Assembly: GCA_000442015.1 (NCBI GenBank)
Contig: KE560467.1
Location: 1-41,602 of the forward strand
DNA length: 41,602 nucleotides
Reading direction: 5' to 3'
Source of the DNA: Rozella allomycis CSF55
Lineage: Eukaryota
The notes below the pieces were generated by a model. The model saw only the letters and a program-made list of their open reading frames with translations. It did not search any database and was not told where the DNA came from. A program made the position numbers and the translations under genes. Positions 22,916-35,419 of this stretch are shown in pieces. How positions within the stretch are numbered: position 1 is the first letter of the stretch; the number at the start of each line of letters is the position of its first letter.

Positions 22916-24337
22916 ATGCTGACGTTACGAAAGACAACGATAAATGCCAAGCAAGTCTTTCGATTGGCAAAGAAGAGTTTGTCATATTCATTAATAGATC
23001 GTAATAAATACTAATGAGATTTCATTAGCCACCAATGGATTGAGTCTAGAGCAGAAACAAATATATGAATTGGCATCCAAATTTGCTGAAAGTGAATTAT
23101 CTCCGTTCATGTCAAAATGGGACGAAGAAGAAATATTTCCAGTTGAAACACTTAGGAAGGCTGCCGAGTATGGATTCGGTGGGATCTATGTAAAAGCAGA
23201 AAGTGGTGGTGCTGGGCTAAAGAGAATTGATGCTTCGATTATATTTGAGGCGCTTTCCAATGGCTGTGTTAGTACGTCAGCTTACCTTAGCATTCATAAG
23301 TATTGAAGCTTGCAATTTATTTATTTAAGTATGTGCGCATGGATGATCGACCAATTTGGTACAAAAGAGCAAAAAGAAAAGTATTTACCTGATCTTATTT
23401 CAATGAAGGTAATATCTTTAATGTTTGGGAAAAGAAATTTGCGTCGTATTGCTTGACGGAACCTAATGCAGGTAGTGACGCGGCATCGCTTTCCACATCC
23501 GCGTTACTGAAAGAAAATAAATACGTTTTAAATGGATCAAAAGCATTTATTAGTGGAGGCGGAGAAAGTGACGTTTATTTAGTAATGGCCAGAACAGGCG
23601 ATGAAGGTATGAATTTTTCTCCCAATTTTTAAATGGCGCCAAAGGAATTAGCTGCTTTATAATTGAAAAGGGGACAAAAGGTTTAAGTTTTGGTAAAAAA
23701 GAAAAGAAGGTAAGCCAATTGGAAAACTTGGAAAAGATGGGATGGAATTCTCAACCAACAAGGTCAGTGATTCTTGAAGATTGTATCATACCTAAAGAAA
23801 ATCTTCTTGGAAAAATTAACGAGGGGTTCAAAATTGCAATGAAGGGTTTAGATGGAGGTCGAATAAATATCGCGTCTTGTAGTCTCGGCGCTGCACAGGC
23901 CTCATTAACAGCAGCGATTGAGCACGCAAAGGTTAGAAAACAGTTCAAGAAGGAATTAGTATGTTTCCAAGTACGATTCAATATCTTGGCGGTTTCAAAG
24001 GACATTCAATTCAAACTAGCAGAAATGGCCACTACTTTGAACGCTTCACGATTGATGATTAGAAAGGCGTGCGAGTCTCTTGATAATGGGTATTCCACAG
24101 CCACAGGGGATTGCGCCATGGCAAAGTTGTTTGCTACAGATTCATGCTTCAATGTACCAATAACTTTAAGAATTATATCAGATTTGCAATGAAGCACTTC
24201 AAATACATGGCGGTTATGGATACTTGAAAGAATACAAGGTTCAGCAGTTTGTACGTGACACGCGAGTCCATCAAATACTAGAAGGTACTAATCAAGTAAT
24301 GAGAATGATAATTTCGCGTCAACTAATAAACAATTAG
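22916..24337 (+). CDS. ACAD8: Isobutyryl-CoA dehydrogenase (mitochondrial acyl-CoA dehydrogenase)
   Basis: Presequence [85 protein letters not shown]. Several ~30-nt introns. Confidence 0.92.
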
Positions 24338-24521
24338 ATTTAACCTTGTCATCCTTCTTTCAATTTCACACTCCGCCTAATAGATATTTAATATATCAAA
24401 GAATAGTTTATTCATTTAATGATTTAGTCAAACTGATTATAGACATGAAATGTACAAATAATGGTTACAAGAGCTTGCTTCTCAACATGGGCATAACATA
24501 ATTCTCCCAATAGTGTTCCAN

Positions 24522-24853
24522 GGTTATGGATACTTGAAAGAATACAAGGTTCAGCAGTTTGTACGTGACACGCGAGTTCATCAAATACTAGAAGGTACTA
24601 ATCAAGTAATGAGAATGATAATTTCGCGTCAACTAATAAACAATTAGATTTAACCTTTTCATCCTTCTTTCAATTTCACACTCCGCCTAATAGATATTTA
24701 ATTGTTGTGAAGCGTAGACATTAATATATCAAAGAATATTTTATTTATTTAATGTCTTTAGTGAAACTGATTATAGACATGAAATGTACAAATGATGGTT
24801 ACAGGAGCTTGCTTCTCAACATGGGCATAACATAATTCTCCCAATAGTGTTCC
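24522..24853. repeat. Overlapping second copy (probable allele) of 24211-24520 after a scaffold N
   Basis: Near-identical sequence restarts directly after the N at 24521, with SNPs and a ~22-bp indel. Confidence 0.85.
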
Positions 24854-26130
24854 ACTTCTTTGTTAGGGATCGTTACTGCTTTTGCTTTGTAGAGATACGT
24901 CAGATGACCTGTCAACACGAGGTAATTCATTATTTTCTTCAATTGCCAATTTGATTCAGAGTAATTTACCTGGGTGCTTGTTAATTCGATTTCAAATGAG
25001 TTTCCTTCTAGCAAAATTGTAAAGATGTCCATTATTATAGATTTCTCATGGTATTTCATGAATTCTGGCAAATATGTTGTGCTTGTCGTTCCAGTCCAAA
25101 ATNGGTTTCCTTCTAGTAAAATTGTAAAGATGTCCATTATTATAGATTTCTCGTGGCATTTCATGAATTCTGGCAAATATGTTGTGCTTGTCGTTCCAGT
25201 CCAAAATATTGCACACTCTTTGCCTCGAGTTAACCAACTCATTAGTGAAAACGGATTAAATACTTGGTAGTCTCCAAAGTAGTACCCACCGTACCATTTC
25301 ATGACATGTTTCAGTGCTTCCTCATCAACTCCTAGCTGACGAACTTCTTCCACTGTAATCCCAAAATATGGACTGTATTTGTCATTCAAATACGAATGGA
25401 CTGTCATATGTTTACATTGAGACATCCAATCCATTTTAACCTCCCCCACTCCCACAATGCAGGCCTTGAAAAGTGCATCGTTGCCGTTCAAAGCGCTTGA
25501 CAAAAATTCCCCCAGGAATTCCATCGTTTGAGCATAGAATACTTCCCTGTGTGTTTTGTTAAATGGCGTATCATATTCATCGATTAATACAATCACTTTC
25601 TTTTTGTGGTACTCGCACAAGGTTTGCATCAAGTTGGAAAAACTACTTTTAACAAAGTCTTCACTGGGAGGATCTGAGAAAAATTTATTAAAATGAAAAG
25701 GATCTTCGCCAGGATATTTTAGGTCTATTACACTTCTATGCTCTTCAGCCATTTTTTGAACTGCGCTCCATAACTCCCTCAGTATTTCCATCCATGTACT
25801 CCCATGGACATGCATTAAATTTAGGTGTAGAACCGGATATTTTCCGCAATATTCTTCCATAAATGTTTTCACGTTTTCATTTGAAGACGAGCTTTCTTCA
25901 GCACCAATCTTCCTCTCAAATATAACCAATCCCCTAAATAAATCAGGATCAGTACCAATGCGAAAAAAGGATTTCAACATGGACAAATTCAAGCTCTTGG
26001 AAAATCTTCTTGGTCGAAGAATAAGATCAACTTGAGAAGGACTATTAATAAAGTCCTCGATAAAAAGTGACTTGTCGACGAAAAGAGCATCAAGATCTCG
26101 GAACTTTTCAAAAGATTGCGAACCAATCAT
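24799..26130 (-). CDS. Bacterial-type AAA-ATPase-like protein (family usually fused to a PD-(D/E)xK nuclease), intronless
   Basis: IGSQSFEKF..FVDKSLFI, LILRPRRFSKSLNLSMLKSFF (Walker A), VIVLIDEYDTP (Walker B), WYGGYYFG..VFNPFS, IPNKEV. Overlap duplication at the N at 25103. Confidence 0.85.
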   Translation of the reverse strand: MIGSQSFEKFRDLDALFVDKSLFIEDFINSPSQVDLILRPRRFSKSLNLSMLKSFFRIGTDPDLFRGLVIFERKIGAEESSSSNENVKTFMEEYCGKYPVLHLNLMHVHGSTWMEILRELWSAVQKMAEEHRSVIDLKYPGEDPFHFNKFFSDPPSEDFVKSSFSNLMQTLCEYHKKKVIVLIDEYDTPFNKTHREVFYAQTMEFLGEFLSSALNGNDALFKACIVGVGEVKMDWMSQCKHMTVHSYLNDKYSPYFGITVEEVRQLGVDEEALKHVMKWYGGYYFGDYQVFNPFSLMSWLTRGKECAIFWTGTTSTTYLPEFMKCHEKSIIMDIFTILLEGNXFWTGTTSTTYLPEFMKYHEKSIIMDIFTILLEGNSFEIELTSTQVNYSESNWQLKKIMNYLVLTGHLTYLYKAKAVTIPNKEVEHYWENYVMPMLRSKLL

Positions 26131-26439
26131 CAAGTCACACTGCGGCTCAGTCAAAGGTGCAAGCGAACCTCAAACTTTAATCGTTACATGCAATAAAAAT
26201 CAGGTTTTGAGGTTTATCACATAACAATATCCAATCTGATGACTGATAAATTTGTGTTAACTTTAGAAAAGCTAACAAACGGCGTCGATGAATAGGTGAT
26301 TCTCATTACAAAACGGATTGCTATATGAAAGACTCTTGGCAGTGACATCGCTTCGTATTCAAAAGATATGCGATCCTATCGCGCGCATGTACTTTGTTGA
26401 GTTTTATGAATTATACAATCCAGTGGTGGAGAATAGCGG

Positions 26440-26570
26440 CTTCAGGAACCCTAAGGACTATTAAATTATTAATAAATTCCTCGATGAAAAGTGACTTGTC
26501 GAAGAAAAGAGCATCATCACGTTTTCGGAAATCGTCAAAAAATGCAAACCAATCATCAACTCTGTCAAAG
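26440..26570 (-). pseudogene. Fragment of a second AAA-ATPase-like paralogue
   Basis: FDDFRKRDDALFFDKSLFIEEFIN matches FEKFRDLDALFVDKSLFIEDFIN of the adjacent gene, then the match ends. Confidence 0.6.
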
Positions 26571-26834
26571 GCACAAACCAACCTCACAATTTTAGCATTA
26601 CTTGCCCTTTGGATCCATATTAGTAAGTACATGCAAAACTTCAGTCTACCTTCATAAGGTGCACCACATGTCCACACGGGTTATCGGTCAAATCTCTAGA
26701 TAGATACGATAAATTAACAGTAACTCAATTTAAAAAAGATTCTGTAGAATGATTTCTTTAATTACAAATTCGCACATTGACACACGATTGACATGTTAAC
26801 CATCAAATTTAATCTTACATGGGTCGACCCTGGT

Positions 26835-28591
26835 ATGTTTGAGAAGATAATATTTTTTCTGTTTGTTCTTTTCACTAGTATACGCGCTGTCGATAAGTCA
26901 ATACTATTAAACAATCCCAATGATATTATGTTACAAGTATTTCAGAGTCTTGACTTCCCAGATATTAGGAGAATTGGAAATACTTGTCGTGCGATGAATA
27001 TGGCTACGACCAGGCACTTTGATCAATTTATTAATAGAGTATATATGGAAAATTACAAGGGAAAGATTCAAATTGACCAAGATGAAGCTTGCTCCGTTTC
27101 GTTGGCTGTTAATGAGAACTTTATCGATGAAGAGATGGATTGGTCTTTAGTTCCATTTAAAGTAACACTTGTCTTTAATGACTTTAATATCTTTCTACGA
27201 ATGAGAAACAAGAGTTTCTATCAGAATCTAAGATATAGCATATTGTTGGATAAGGAATATACATTTGATATCAATGTGTTGTCTAATGCATTAAACACTA
27301 TAAGGTCTTCTTATATTAACTTGAACACATTAAGAATAAATGGGCCCTTATCCTCTGAATGCTGCTCTGTCGTATCCAATTTTGCATCGGAATACAAAAC
27401 ATTAAAAAGCGTCGAAATTACAAATGCTCCTATGTCTTATTGTGAAATAGAATTACTTGAAAAACTTGTTAATCGTAGTAGCAAGGTCCAAAGGATAACT
27501 TTATCACATAATGGGCTTGTTTTCAATAGAGACGACGCTACAAGATTTNGCGAATGAAAAACAAGAGTTTCTATCAGAATCTAAGATATAGCATATTGAT
27601 GGATAAGGAATATACATTTGACATCAATGTGTTGTCTAATGCATTAAACACTATAAGGTCTTCTAATATTAACTTGAGCACATTAAGAATTAAAGGGCCC
27701 TTATCCTCTGAATGCTGCTTTGTCGTATCCAATTTTGCATCGGAATACAAAACATTAAAAAGCGTCGAAATTACAAATGCTCCTATGTCTTATTGTGAAA
27801 TAGAATTACTTGAAAAACTTGTTGATCGTAGTAGCAAGGTCCAAAGGATAACTTTATCACATAATGGGCTTGTTTTCAATAGAGACGACGCTACAAGATT
27901 TTCTGATCTTCTAATTAAAACAAAAATCACATCATTAAATCTTTCGCATAACAAGATCCGATCAGATGAATTTGTGTTTATTTTAGAAAAGCTGTCAAGA
28001 TTAGAAACCCTTGATTTGAGCTATAACAAAATGGTAATTTGGAAAGATCAGTTTTTTGTATTACTGAACGCATTATCGAGATTAAAGAAATTAAATCTTT
28101 CAGGAAATAATATTTATAGACTAGTAGCTTCAAGCGAAATGCTTCCTCCAAACTTGGAAGAATTGTCAATTGAGTTTTGTGATTTGAGTCGAATCAATGA
28201 TATAACAACATTGATTCATAGAAATAGCAATTTAAAGTCTCTAAATATTAAAGAAAATGGCTTTTTTGTTGATTTGGACTTCCTTGATGCTGTCATTGCA
28301 TCGAACTTGACGAAATTGCAAATATCCCGAAATTCCATTACATTGAAGCATTTAAAATATTTGGCAAGTGCATTTTACTCATTACCGAGATCGTTTATTG
28401 TGGAATTAGAGGTGCGCACTGAAGGGTTTTTGGCAAAATATGAAATGAATGTTCTTCTTTCGTTTATTGAAAAAATAAGAAATCACAAATTCAATGTGAA
28501 ACTTGTTCCGTATAGTCCACGTGAATTTGTTGAGCCATTATCAATGGGTGACATGTTTGCATCATTTCGCACGTTGTTTTTCCAAAACTAG
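26835..28591 (+). CDS. Signal peptide + F-box + LRR protein (putative secreted effector); ~350-bp overlap duplicated at the N at 27549
   Basis: Leader MFEKIIFFLFVLFTSIRA, F-box LLNNPNDIMLQVFQSLDFPDIRRIGNTCRAMN, LRRs ITSLNLSHNKI, LETLDLSYNKM, LKKLNLSGNNI. Intronless. Confidence 0.85.
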
Positions 28592-28993
28592 TTGCAACTG
28601 TTAATAAAAACAATTAATCTTAATTGCTAATATGTACCAAGTTAAGGGCTTGAGTCCTTGTAGCCAGTTGTTGTGGAGAATTTTGGTTTAACATTTCCCC
28701 ATTTGGTCTCAATCAATTAAAATTTCAATCATTCAGTTTGACTATAAAAATAAAATCCTTTTAAGTATCAATATTATTCGATCTATATTTTTACTCCTTC
28801 CCTCGAGCGTGTATAGAAATCAATATCTTGGGGTTAGAGGATTGTTAATTACAGAGGGCACTATCGTATGACAATGATAATTTCACGCCAAGTATAAACA
28901 ACTAAATGTGATTTGTTGTTATCCTTCTTTAGAAACGCCGTCAATTTCAAACTCCGATTTTAATTAGGGGCCCATTAAACAAAAACAACAAGA

Positions 28994-30629
28994 ATGTCTC
29001 CGAATCCAGTCAACACATCCTTAAAACCTATTGATACGTTTCAATTGAATAAAGGTTTTAATTTAAAGGACCGTTGGGAAATAGTAATACATACATTTAG
29101 TTAATTACGATAGTCCCAAAAAATAGGGCAAGGTGCATTCGGTACCGCTGATTAAATAATTAAAATAGGGCAGACATATACAGCCTTTGATAAATTAACA
29201 AGCGAGCATGTAGCAGTAAAGATAGAACCGCTCGCAAACAAAAAACAAGTCTTAAAAGTTGAGGTTACATTACTTCGCAAACTTCAAGGTTAAAAATATT
29301 CTATTTTTAAAGATTAGACACTCCATATGTTGCTCGATACATTGGATGTGGTCGACAAGATGATTTCAACTTTATGGCCATGGAGTTGTTGGGAAAGAAT
29401 ATTTCAGAGTTAAGAAAAAAGAGATACGACCACTGCTTTTCATTAGCAACTACCGCACTATTGGCAAAGCAAATGCTTGGAGGGATTCAGGCTATTCACG
29501 ACCACGGATACCTACATAGAGACGTCAAACCAGTAATAATCAACATTGTTATAAACAAGAGCAATTTTGTCATGGGTCTTAGAAGATCCACTGAACCTAG
29601 CCTGTATGGTAGAAGTCGGTGCTACATTATTGATTTCGGTTTATCACGCCGCCACATGGACAATAATAATCAGATTCGCGAGGTACAATTATATAAACTC
29701 TAATATTTAAAGCCAAGAGAAACAGCGGGATTTAGAGGAACTGCTAGATACGCATCTATTGCTTCCCACCAAAACAAAGTACATTATAGTAGTTGCTTAA
29801 ACTTTAGGAGCTTGGGCGAAAAGATGATCTTTGGTCTCTCTTTTACATTATCCTGGAATGTCTAACTGGTGGCCTTCCATGGAGGAGAGAAAAGGAAAAA
29901 GAGAAGATTGGAGAAATGAAGATGAAATTGCACACTCCAGAACTAGTGGAAAAGCAACCAGCACCTCTTCTAGAAATGATGAAATACTTGGATTCGTTGC
30001 AATATGCTGATAGGCCAAACTATTCTTATTTGAATAAACTGGTAGACAATTTGTTTGAGCTTTCAAACGAACCGCCCGACATTCCATACGACTGGGAACG
30101 CCCATCGCCGCTACAATCAGTCGGTTCCTTTATCAGTACCGCAGGAGTTACCAGCTCACATCCCGGAAGACGAAATCTGGTCAATACGAGTAATGTGATG
30201 GGTGGTATCGTTACGACTGCGACTGCAAACAACGGTAGAAGTGTTCAAGAGTCTACCAGCCACGAACTGTCCGAACGAAGACAAATGGAGTAAGAACATT
30301 TTCTTTAAGAAATTAGAACTGGTGCCCATCGAGCCAGCCAGGCGTCCTACCCCAAAAGAGAAGTAATGCATATTTTAGGATCTAATTTCCAGAAAAGAGA
30401 ACACAGTACAATGAGTATTTTTAAAAGAATTGCAGAAAAGCTTCATTTGACAGGAGGAGCCAAGACAAAAGCTGAAACTAATGAGGCACCCGACATTGAA
30501 ACCAATTCGATGGAGAAAAAGAAGAAATCTGGATTGATGAATAGAATCTTCACTCCAAAGCCACCAAACGAGTCCCCACCAAAAAGAAAAATATTCGCTA
30601 GAGGATCACGTTCTAATGTACATACATAA
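28994..30629 (+). CDS. TTBK: Tau-tubulin kinase-like CK1-group protein kinase, many micro-introns
   Basis: KIGQGAFG, VAVKIE, KQVLKVEVTLLRKLQ, YLHRDVKP, IIDFGLSR, AGFRGTARYASI, RKDDLWSLFY, PYDWE. Confidence 0.85.
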
Positions 30630-30690
30630 ATGTTAATAAATGTAATTTTGTGTATTATTTTGTGATTGATTAATTTCGAATTATCGTAAA

Positions 30691-32424
30691 ATGATGTCAA
30701 TATTGAAACAGGTTACCCGTTTGGGCATAAGGAACAATCAGAATTATAGGATTGCTACTTTTAGGTTTAATGCAGTTAGAACATTTTCAACGAATGTGGG
30801 AACAAATGCGATTCCTAATAAATCGAAATGGGCTGAATCCGAGACAAATGTGTACACTAAAGCTATAATTGAAAATTTGAGTGAATATTATACGAATCAT
30901 AGTGGCGAACAAGAGCAAGGATGGAACTATATAGAAACGCAGGAATTTCCTGCCGACATATTTCTTGATATTGGAGAGCCAATTTTACTTGATAACTCAA
31001 GAAACAAGAGGACGCGGTGGATGGAAGTAGAATATAACAAGTTGCAAGAAGAATATGACAGAGAAAAATCAGAAAGAGCTTTGAGTGATGATGAATTGAT
31101 TGATATTTGTTTTAGAATAGGTCATTGTTTTAGAAAAGATACATATTTCCCTTTTGCTATTAAATTATTGCAAGATAATAAGAGTATACCATCTTTAGCG
31201 TTAGAGAATTTGATGTATCCGTTGTTACTCAGGCTGTATGGACGGGCGATATCTGAAAGCATATTTAACGATACAAAGAAGGCACCACTTTTAAAGTCAT
31301 TGAGATATTTTCATAAATTATTAAACTTGAATGGGTCTGGAAGTTTCATCTATTCAGAAGCAATGAAAAGATCGAGCTCGCCAAGGGCGTACGTAACGGC
31401 AAAAGATTTCATATATTTGATGCTCTCAGAAGGAATTGAACCTTCAATTAACGAATATAATGTATTGTTGCAGACTTTGATTAACTCCCAAAGACTGTTT
31501 GAAGCGAAAAAACTATATTTCCAGTTAGAGTCTAGGCAATTAGTAAAAGAGAAGACGATTGAGATCATGGTCAAGGCGTTCTGTGATCATGGAAATTATC
31601 AAGTAGCTTTAACTATGATGAAAGAATATTTGCAAAGAAACGGAAGTTTGAATTATCTTTGTATTAGATACTTTATGGGAGCATGCACAAAGGCCAATGA
31701 TATTCAAACAATGGAGGAGTTTATAGAAGTTATAAAGCCACTGGACGACATTGCAGTTGATGCCATTGGAGACGCGCTTTGTCAAAGTCATAAATCTCAC
31801 ATTTTTGTGAGGTTTTTGAATAAATGGATTGCTGAGGAGTCACCATCGGCTGCTGCTGCCTATTGCTGTTTGATTGCTGAATTAATTCATGCAAAGGAGT
31901 ATGAAAAGGCCAAAAAGACTCTTGATTTCCTCAACGCCTATAAAGTCAAAACGAACACCTCTAACCCTTCAAATTACAATACAATAATTGAAGTTGCATT
32001 GGCTAGATATTTAGTGTTTCAAAGAAGAGGAATAGATTTAAGAAAGCAATTAAAGCCTCTCTTGCCAACCAACATTCCACTTGTTTCAAAAGAGCCACTG
32101 TTGGAGTATTTCGATGAATTCGTTAAACAATGTGTTCACGCTTCTTTGTATGGCGAAAATACTGCAATCAGAAGAATAAAATTGAAAAATATTCTCATCA
32201 CCCATTTGGCTGAAACGCGCCAAATTGAAGCCCTGGCAAAAACATTGGAAAATAGAGTCCCATTGTCTGCATTGTATTTTACTACACTAAATTCTACAAT
32301 AGAAGCTTTTTATGATGCAATGGATAAAAAGAGATTTCTATTTTTGGGTGATTACATGAAGCAACGCTCAATACATATCAATTCCTCTGCAGTACGAGAA
32401 GCAATCAGGTCATACCAAAAATAA
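30691..32424 (+). CDS. Mitochondrial pentatricopeptide-repeat (PPR) protein
   Basis: Arg-rich presequence and PPR-like helices MLSEGIEPSINEYNVLLQTL and TIEIMVKAFCDHGNYQVALTMMKE. Confidence 0.72.
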   Translation: MMSILKQVTRLGIRNNQNYRIATFRFNAVRTFSTNVGTNAIPNKSKWAESETNVYTKAIIENLSEYYTNHSGEQEQGWNYIETQEFPADIFLDIGEPILLDNSRNKRTRWMEVEYNKLQEEYDREKSERALSDDELIDICFRIGHCFRKDTYFPFAIKLLQDNKSIPSLALENLMYPLLLRLYGRAISESIFNDTKKAPLLKSLRYFHKLLNLNGSGSFIYSEAMKRSSSPRAYVTAKDFIYLMLSEGIEPSINEYNVLLQTLINSQRLFEAKKLYFQLESRQLVKEKTIEIMVKAFCDHGNYQVALTMMKEYLQRNGSLNYLCIRYFMGACTKANDIQTMEEFIEVIKPLDDIAVDAIGDALCQSHKSHIFVRFLNKWIAEESPSAAAAYCCLIAELIHAKEYEKAKKTLDFLNAYKVKTNTSNPSNYNTIIEVALARYLVFQRRGIDLRKQLKPLLPTNIPLVSKEPLLEYFDEFVKQCVHASLYGENTAIRRIKLKNILITHLAETRQIEALAKTLENRVPLSALYFTTLNSTIEAFYDAMDKKRFLFLGDYMKQRSIHINSSAVREAIRSYQK

Positions 32425-32573
32425 ATCTAAAGCTTTATATTAAATTTACTTAATTTGTAACAGTTCAAAACTTTTTTATTTTTATGCCAATTGTATTTTA
32501 ATCGATCCACTCGTTATTGAATTTAATGTGTATTTTAGTTTATTACCGTCAGCCTTTTTAATCAAAATCTATT

Positions 32574-33909
32574 TTAGATTAAACTACATTCATTTACTTC
32601 ATTCTGTGAAACTGATGATATTAGCCCATGAATTGTTGAATTTTGTTTATCTGTAATGATTACATTCTGCTCTGGTGAAAACACTGTACCATAATAGTGC
32701 AATCGTCCACCATTAGTAAATACCATTTGCTCTTGTAACATCTGTTTTGATGTCTGTCTTTTACTGACATCGGAATTAGGAAACTGCAAATTAAATTTCA
32801 GTTCATTCTGTGGTGTCTGTAGAAAAACTGGGCTTTCTAATGTCTTTGGAAACGAAATTTCTTGGTTAATTAATTGCAGATCGTGATTAATCTCGTCTTC
32901 TTGTAACTCGATGCCTTTCTTACAGAATAATTCATTTTACTAATTAGCTGCTCATCAAGATAAGAAGTACCACTTGTTTTGGGATAAGTTAGATTATTGT
33001 TTTCTGCATCTAAAACCATTCCATTAATGAAAGCATTTTGACCTGTTATGAGGCGATTTTCTCTTATTTACTTTTGACTTCATTTGATTCCAAGAATTCT
33101 GTTTCTAGCTGCTTTAAATCGCTAATCATTTTTCGCATCATCGAATGCATTAACATTTTTTTATCATATTCAAATTGCCTTTCAATGGCTTCAGCTTGGG
33201 CTTCATAGGCTTTAATTGTTGCTTCTCTTTGAAATTTATACAGATTCCTATTGGCTATATTCTGTCTCTCTTTTAATTTATCGTTTTCAAATATCTGTTT
33301 TCTGAACTCTTCATTCTCGCCTTTTCTTTGCACATTAATGCGGTTACCACTTTTTACACTCTGAATCTCTAAATCGATTAGGTGGGCTTGTTCATCAATC
33401 AATTTAAACTTTATATTCTTATAATTTTCTTCTATCTGTTTCAATTTATTATAAGCGTTATTGACTTCATCATCAAATTCATCAGTAGATCCCGTANCAT
33501 CATCGAATTCATCAGTAGACCCCGTATTCGATGCATTTTCTATTTCGCCATCGTTTTCAAAATCGCCAAGGGTTTCATGGCTTTTAAGCAAATCTTCATT
33601 CGCTGAATAATCTTCTTCTTTTGAAGATCGCGGTCTTTTCCTTTTCCCTGGCGACGCCGATACTGTTCTGGTTTTCCGTTTGCCGGATTCTTCTGTTAAA
33701 TCTGTACCTGATCTCCGTTTAGTTTCAATTAAAGACTCTCTTTTTTCATCATTGTTGGGGAAAGGGGCTGCCGGAGGGGGGAGTTCGGTTAGTTGCTGGT
33801 CAAGTGAATCTTGTGATGATCCTGGGCTTATTGAGCCAGCCGCGTTTGGAGATTCACTGGCATCAACATCGGAATACGAGCGAGGCCGGTTTCGTGATCT
33901 TGATGGCAT
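32574..33909 (-). CDS. Sds3/Dep1-like Sin3-HDAC complex subunit (putative)
   Basis: Acidic disordered N-terminus, then coiled coil LKQIEENYKNIKFKLIDEQ..IDLEIQSVKSG...EEF typical of Sds3-like proteins. The 3' exon structure is approximate. Confidence 0.55.
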
Positions 33910-34235
33910 CTACTTATTTGTTTTTGTTTTGGAACGCTAAGCCCCAGGATGGCCACCGCCCCATAAGAATAGGTAATAGCTCAGTAATCAATGAAATTGG
34001 TACGTAATTAAAAATATATGAAGCCAGTCATTTATTTTTTCGCAACCGTAGATACTGATTCCAAGAGACTTTATTACACATTTGCTTCAGACTATGTTGT
34101 TAATATAAGATATTTGGTCATCTGCCTTTTGTTGAAGTGTTCGATACAGAAATATTTCAACGGGGCTTAAAGATCCCAGAAGTTTGAAAAATTGATTACG
34201 ATTGAGGTGAAAATAAGAGATAATACTATTCTATT

Positions 34236-35388
34236 TCATTTATTTGCCTTAAATTTATCGAATGAACTTCTTCTAATTACCAATGCTGGATGAATCGGTT
34301 CTAATGACGTATTTGAATTCAGCAGAGACAAACCAGCTAATGCGAAAAATGTATGAGAAATATCTTACAACGGTAAATTAGGATCTTTACCTGGATATGT
34401 ATCATTATGCTTTGCAATGCCTCCGTACGTAAATTGGCATTGAGAAATGAATGATGTTAAATAATCAGAATTTATGAAATTATTATCTGAATCACAAAGC
34501 ATCTAAAATATTTTTGTATTTTGTTTTACTTTTATGGAAGAACCTACCCAGAAACTGTAACAAGAATCTTCTTGTTTATTGATTCGACCTTGAAAACCTA
34601 TACCTTGCCTTTTCAAGCACCAACTAAGCGTTTTCTGTGTGTCGATTTCATTTAATCTATTTAATAAGTACAAAGAAGCAATGGCGCAAAATGTAGAACC
34701 TCCGTGAGATTCTTGTCCAGGGCCTTGTCCGATGCCATAATCGTAGCTCTCAATAAAGGATCATGAAATAGCTTACCACACTTCTTTTTATATAATTTAC
34801 AATTTTCTCCACGTCAATAGTGGAAAAATCATCAAGAATATAAGCGATTGCGCAAGCACTGAAAACAAATCTCATGTCACTTTCGGAATCAACTGAAAGG
34901 ATACGAAAACTGATTGCAATTAGGTTTTTATAGTACCTTCCATTCTCATTTTGATGAGATTTTAGAACATTTAAAAGTGCCTGACGATTTAGACATTCCA
35001 AGTCGTCTCCTAGCATAATTAAAGACGCCATAGCACTATATGCAGCTGTCAAATTGGAGTAGTCGTAGAGTGAATTTTTCTATTATTGTAAAAAGGGTCT
35101 TGTACTGTTTTGGAGTCTAGGTTCCCGAAAATATCACTTCCTCTAAAGCCTCCTGCATTTTCACCGCAGATTTGATTTGAATATATCCAATCAATAATTT
35201 CATCTTTTTTATATGGTAATTTATCCATGCAGCCGAGGGTTCCAAGCCCACCAAGTGTCAAATGCAATAGAGTCAGCCCATATGAATCATCAAAAATAAT
35301 ATTACTTTTGAGTATCCGCTGCAGTATATGGGTAGGGAAAACTTTCTAAACACTTTAACAAAAAGTCTCTGTGCTTCTCTAATTCCAT
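34236..35388 (-). CDS. PGGT1B: Geranylgeranyltransferase type I beta subunit
   Basis: IIDWIYSNQ..GGFRGS, AYSAMASLIMLGDDL, ESDMRFVFSACAI, GIGQGPGQESHGGSTFCAIASL, GFQGRINKQEDSCYSFWVG. Several short introns. Confidence 0.9.
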
Positions 35389-35419
35389 CGAAAGGGTTCA
35401 CCAATTTTCAGAAATTGCA

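Noticed and set aside
24990-25205. Internal tandem duplication in the AAA-ATPase (similar cases at 3692, 19863, 24521, 33498)
   Set aside because: Each duplication is centred on a single N, consistent with unmerged overlapping contig ends.
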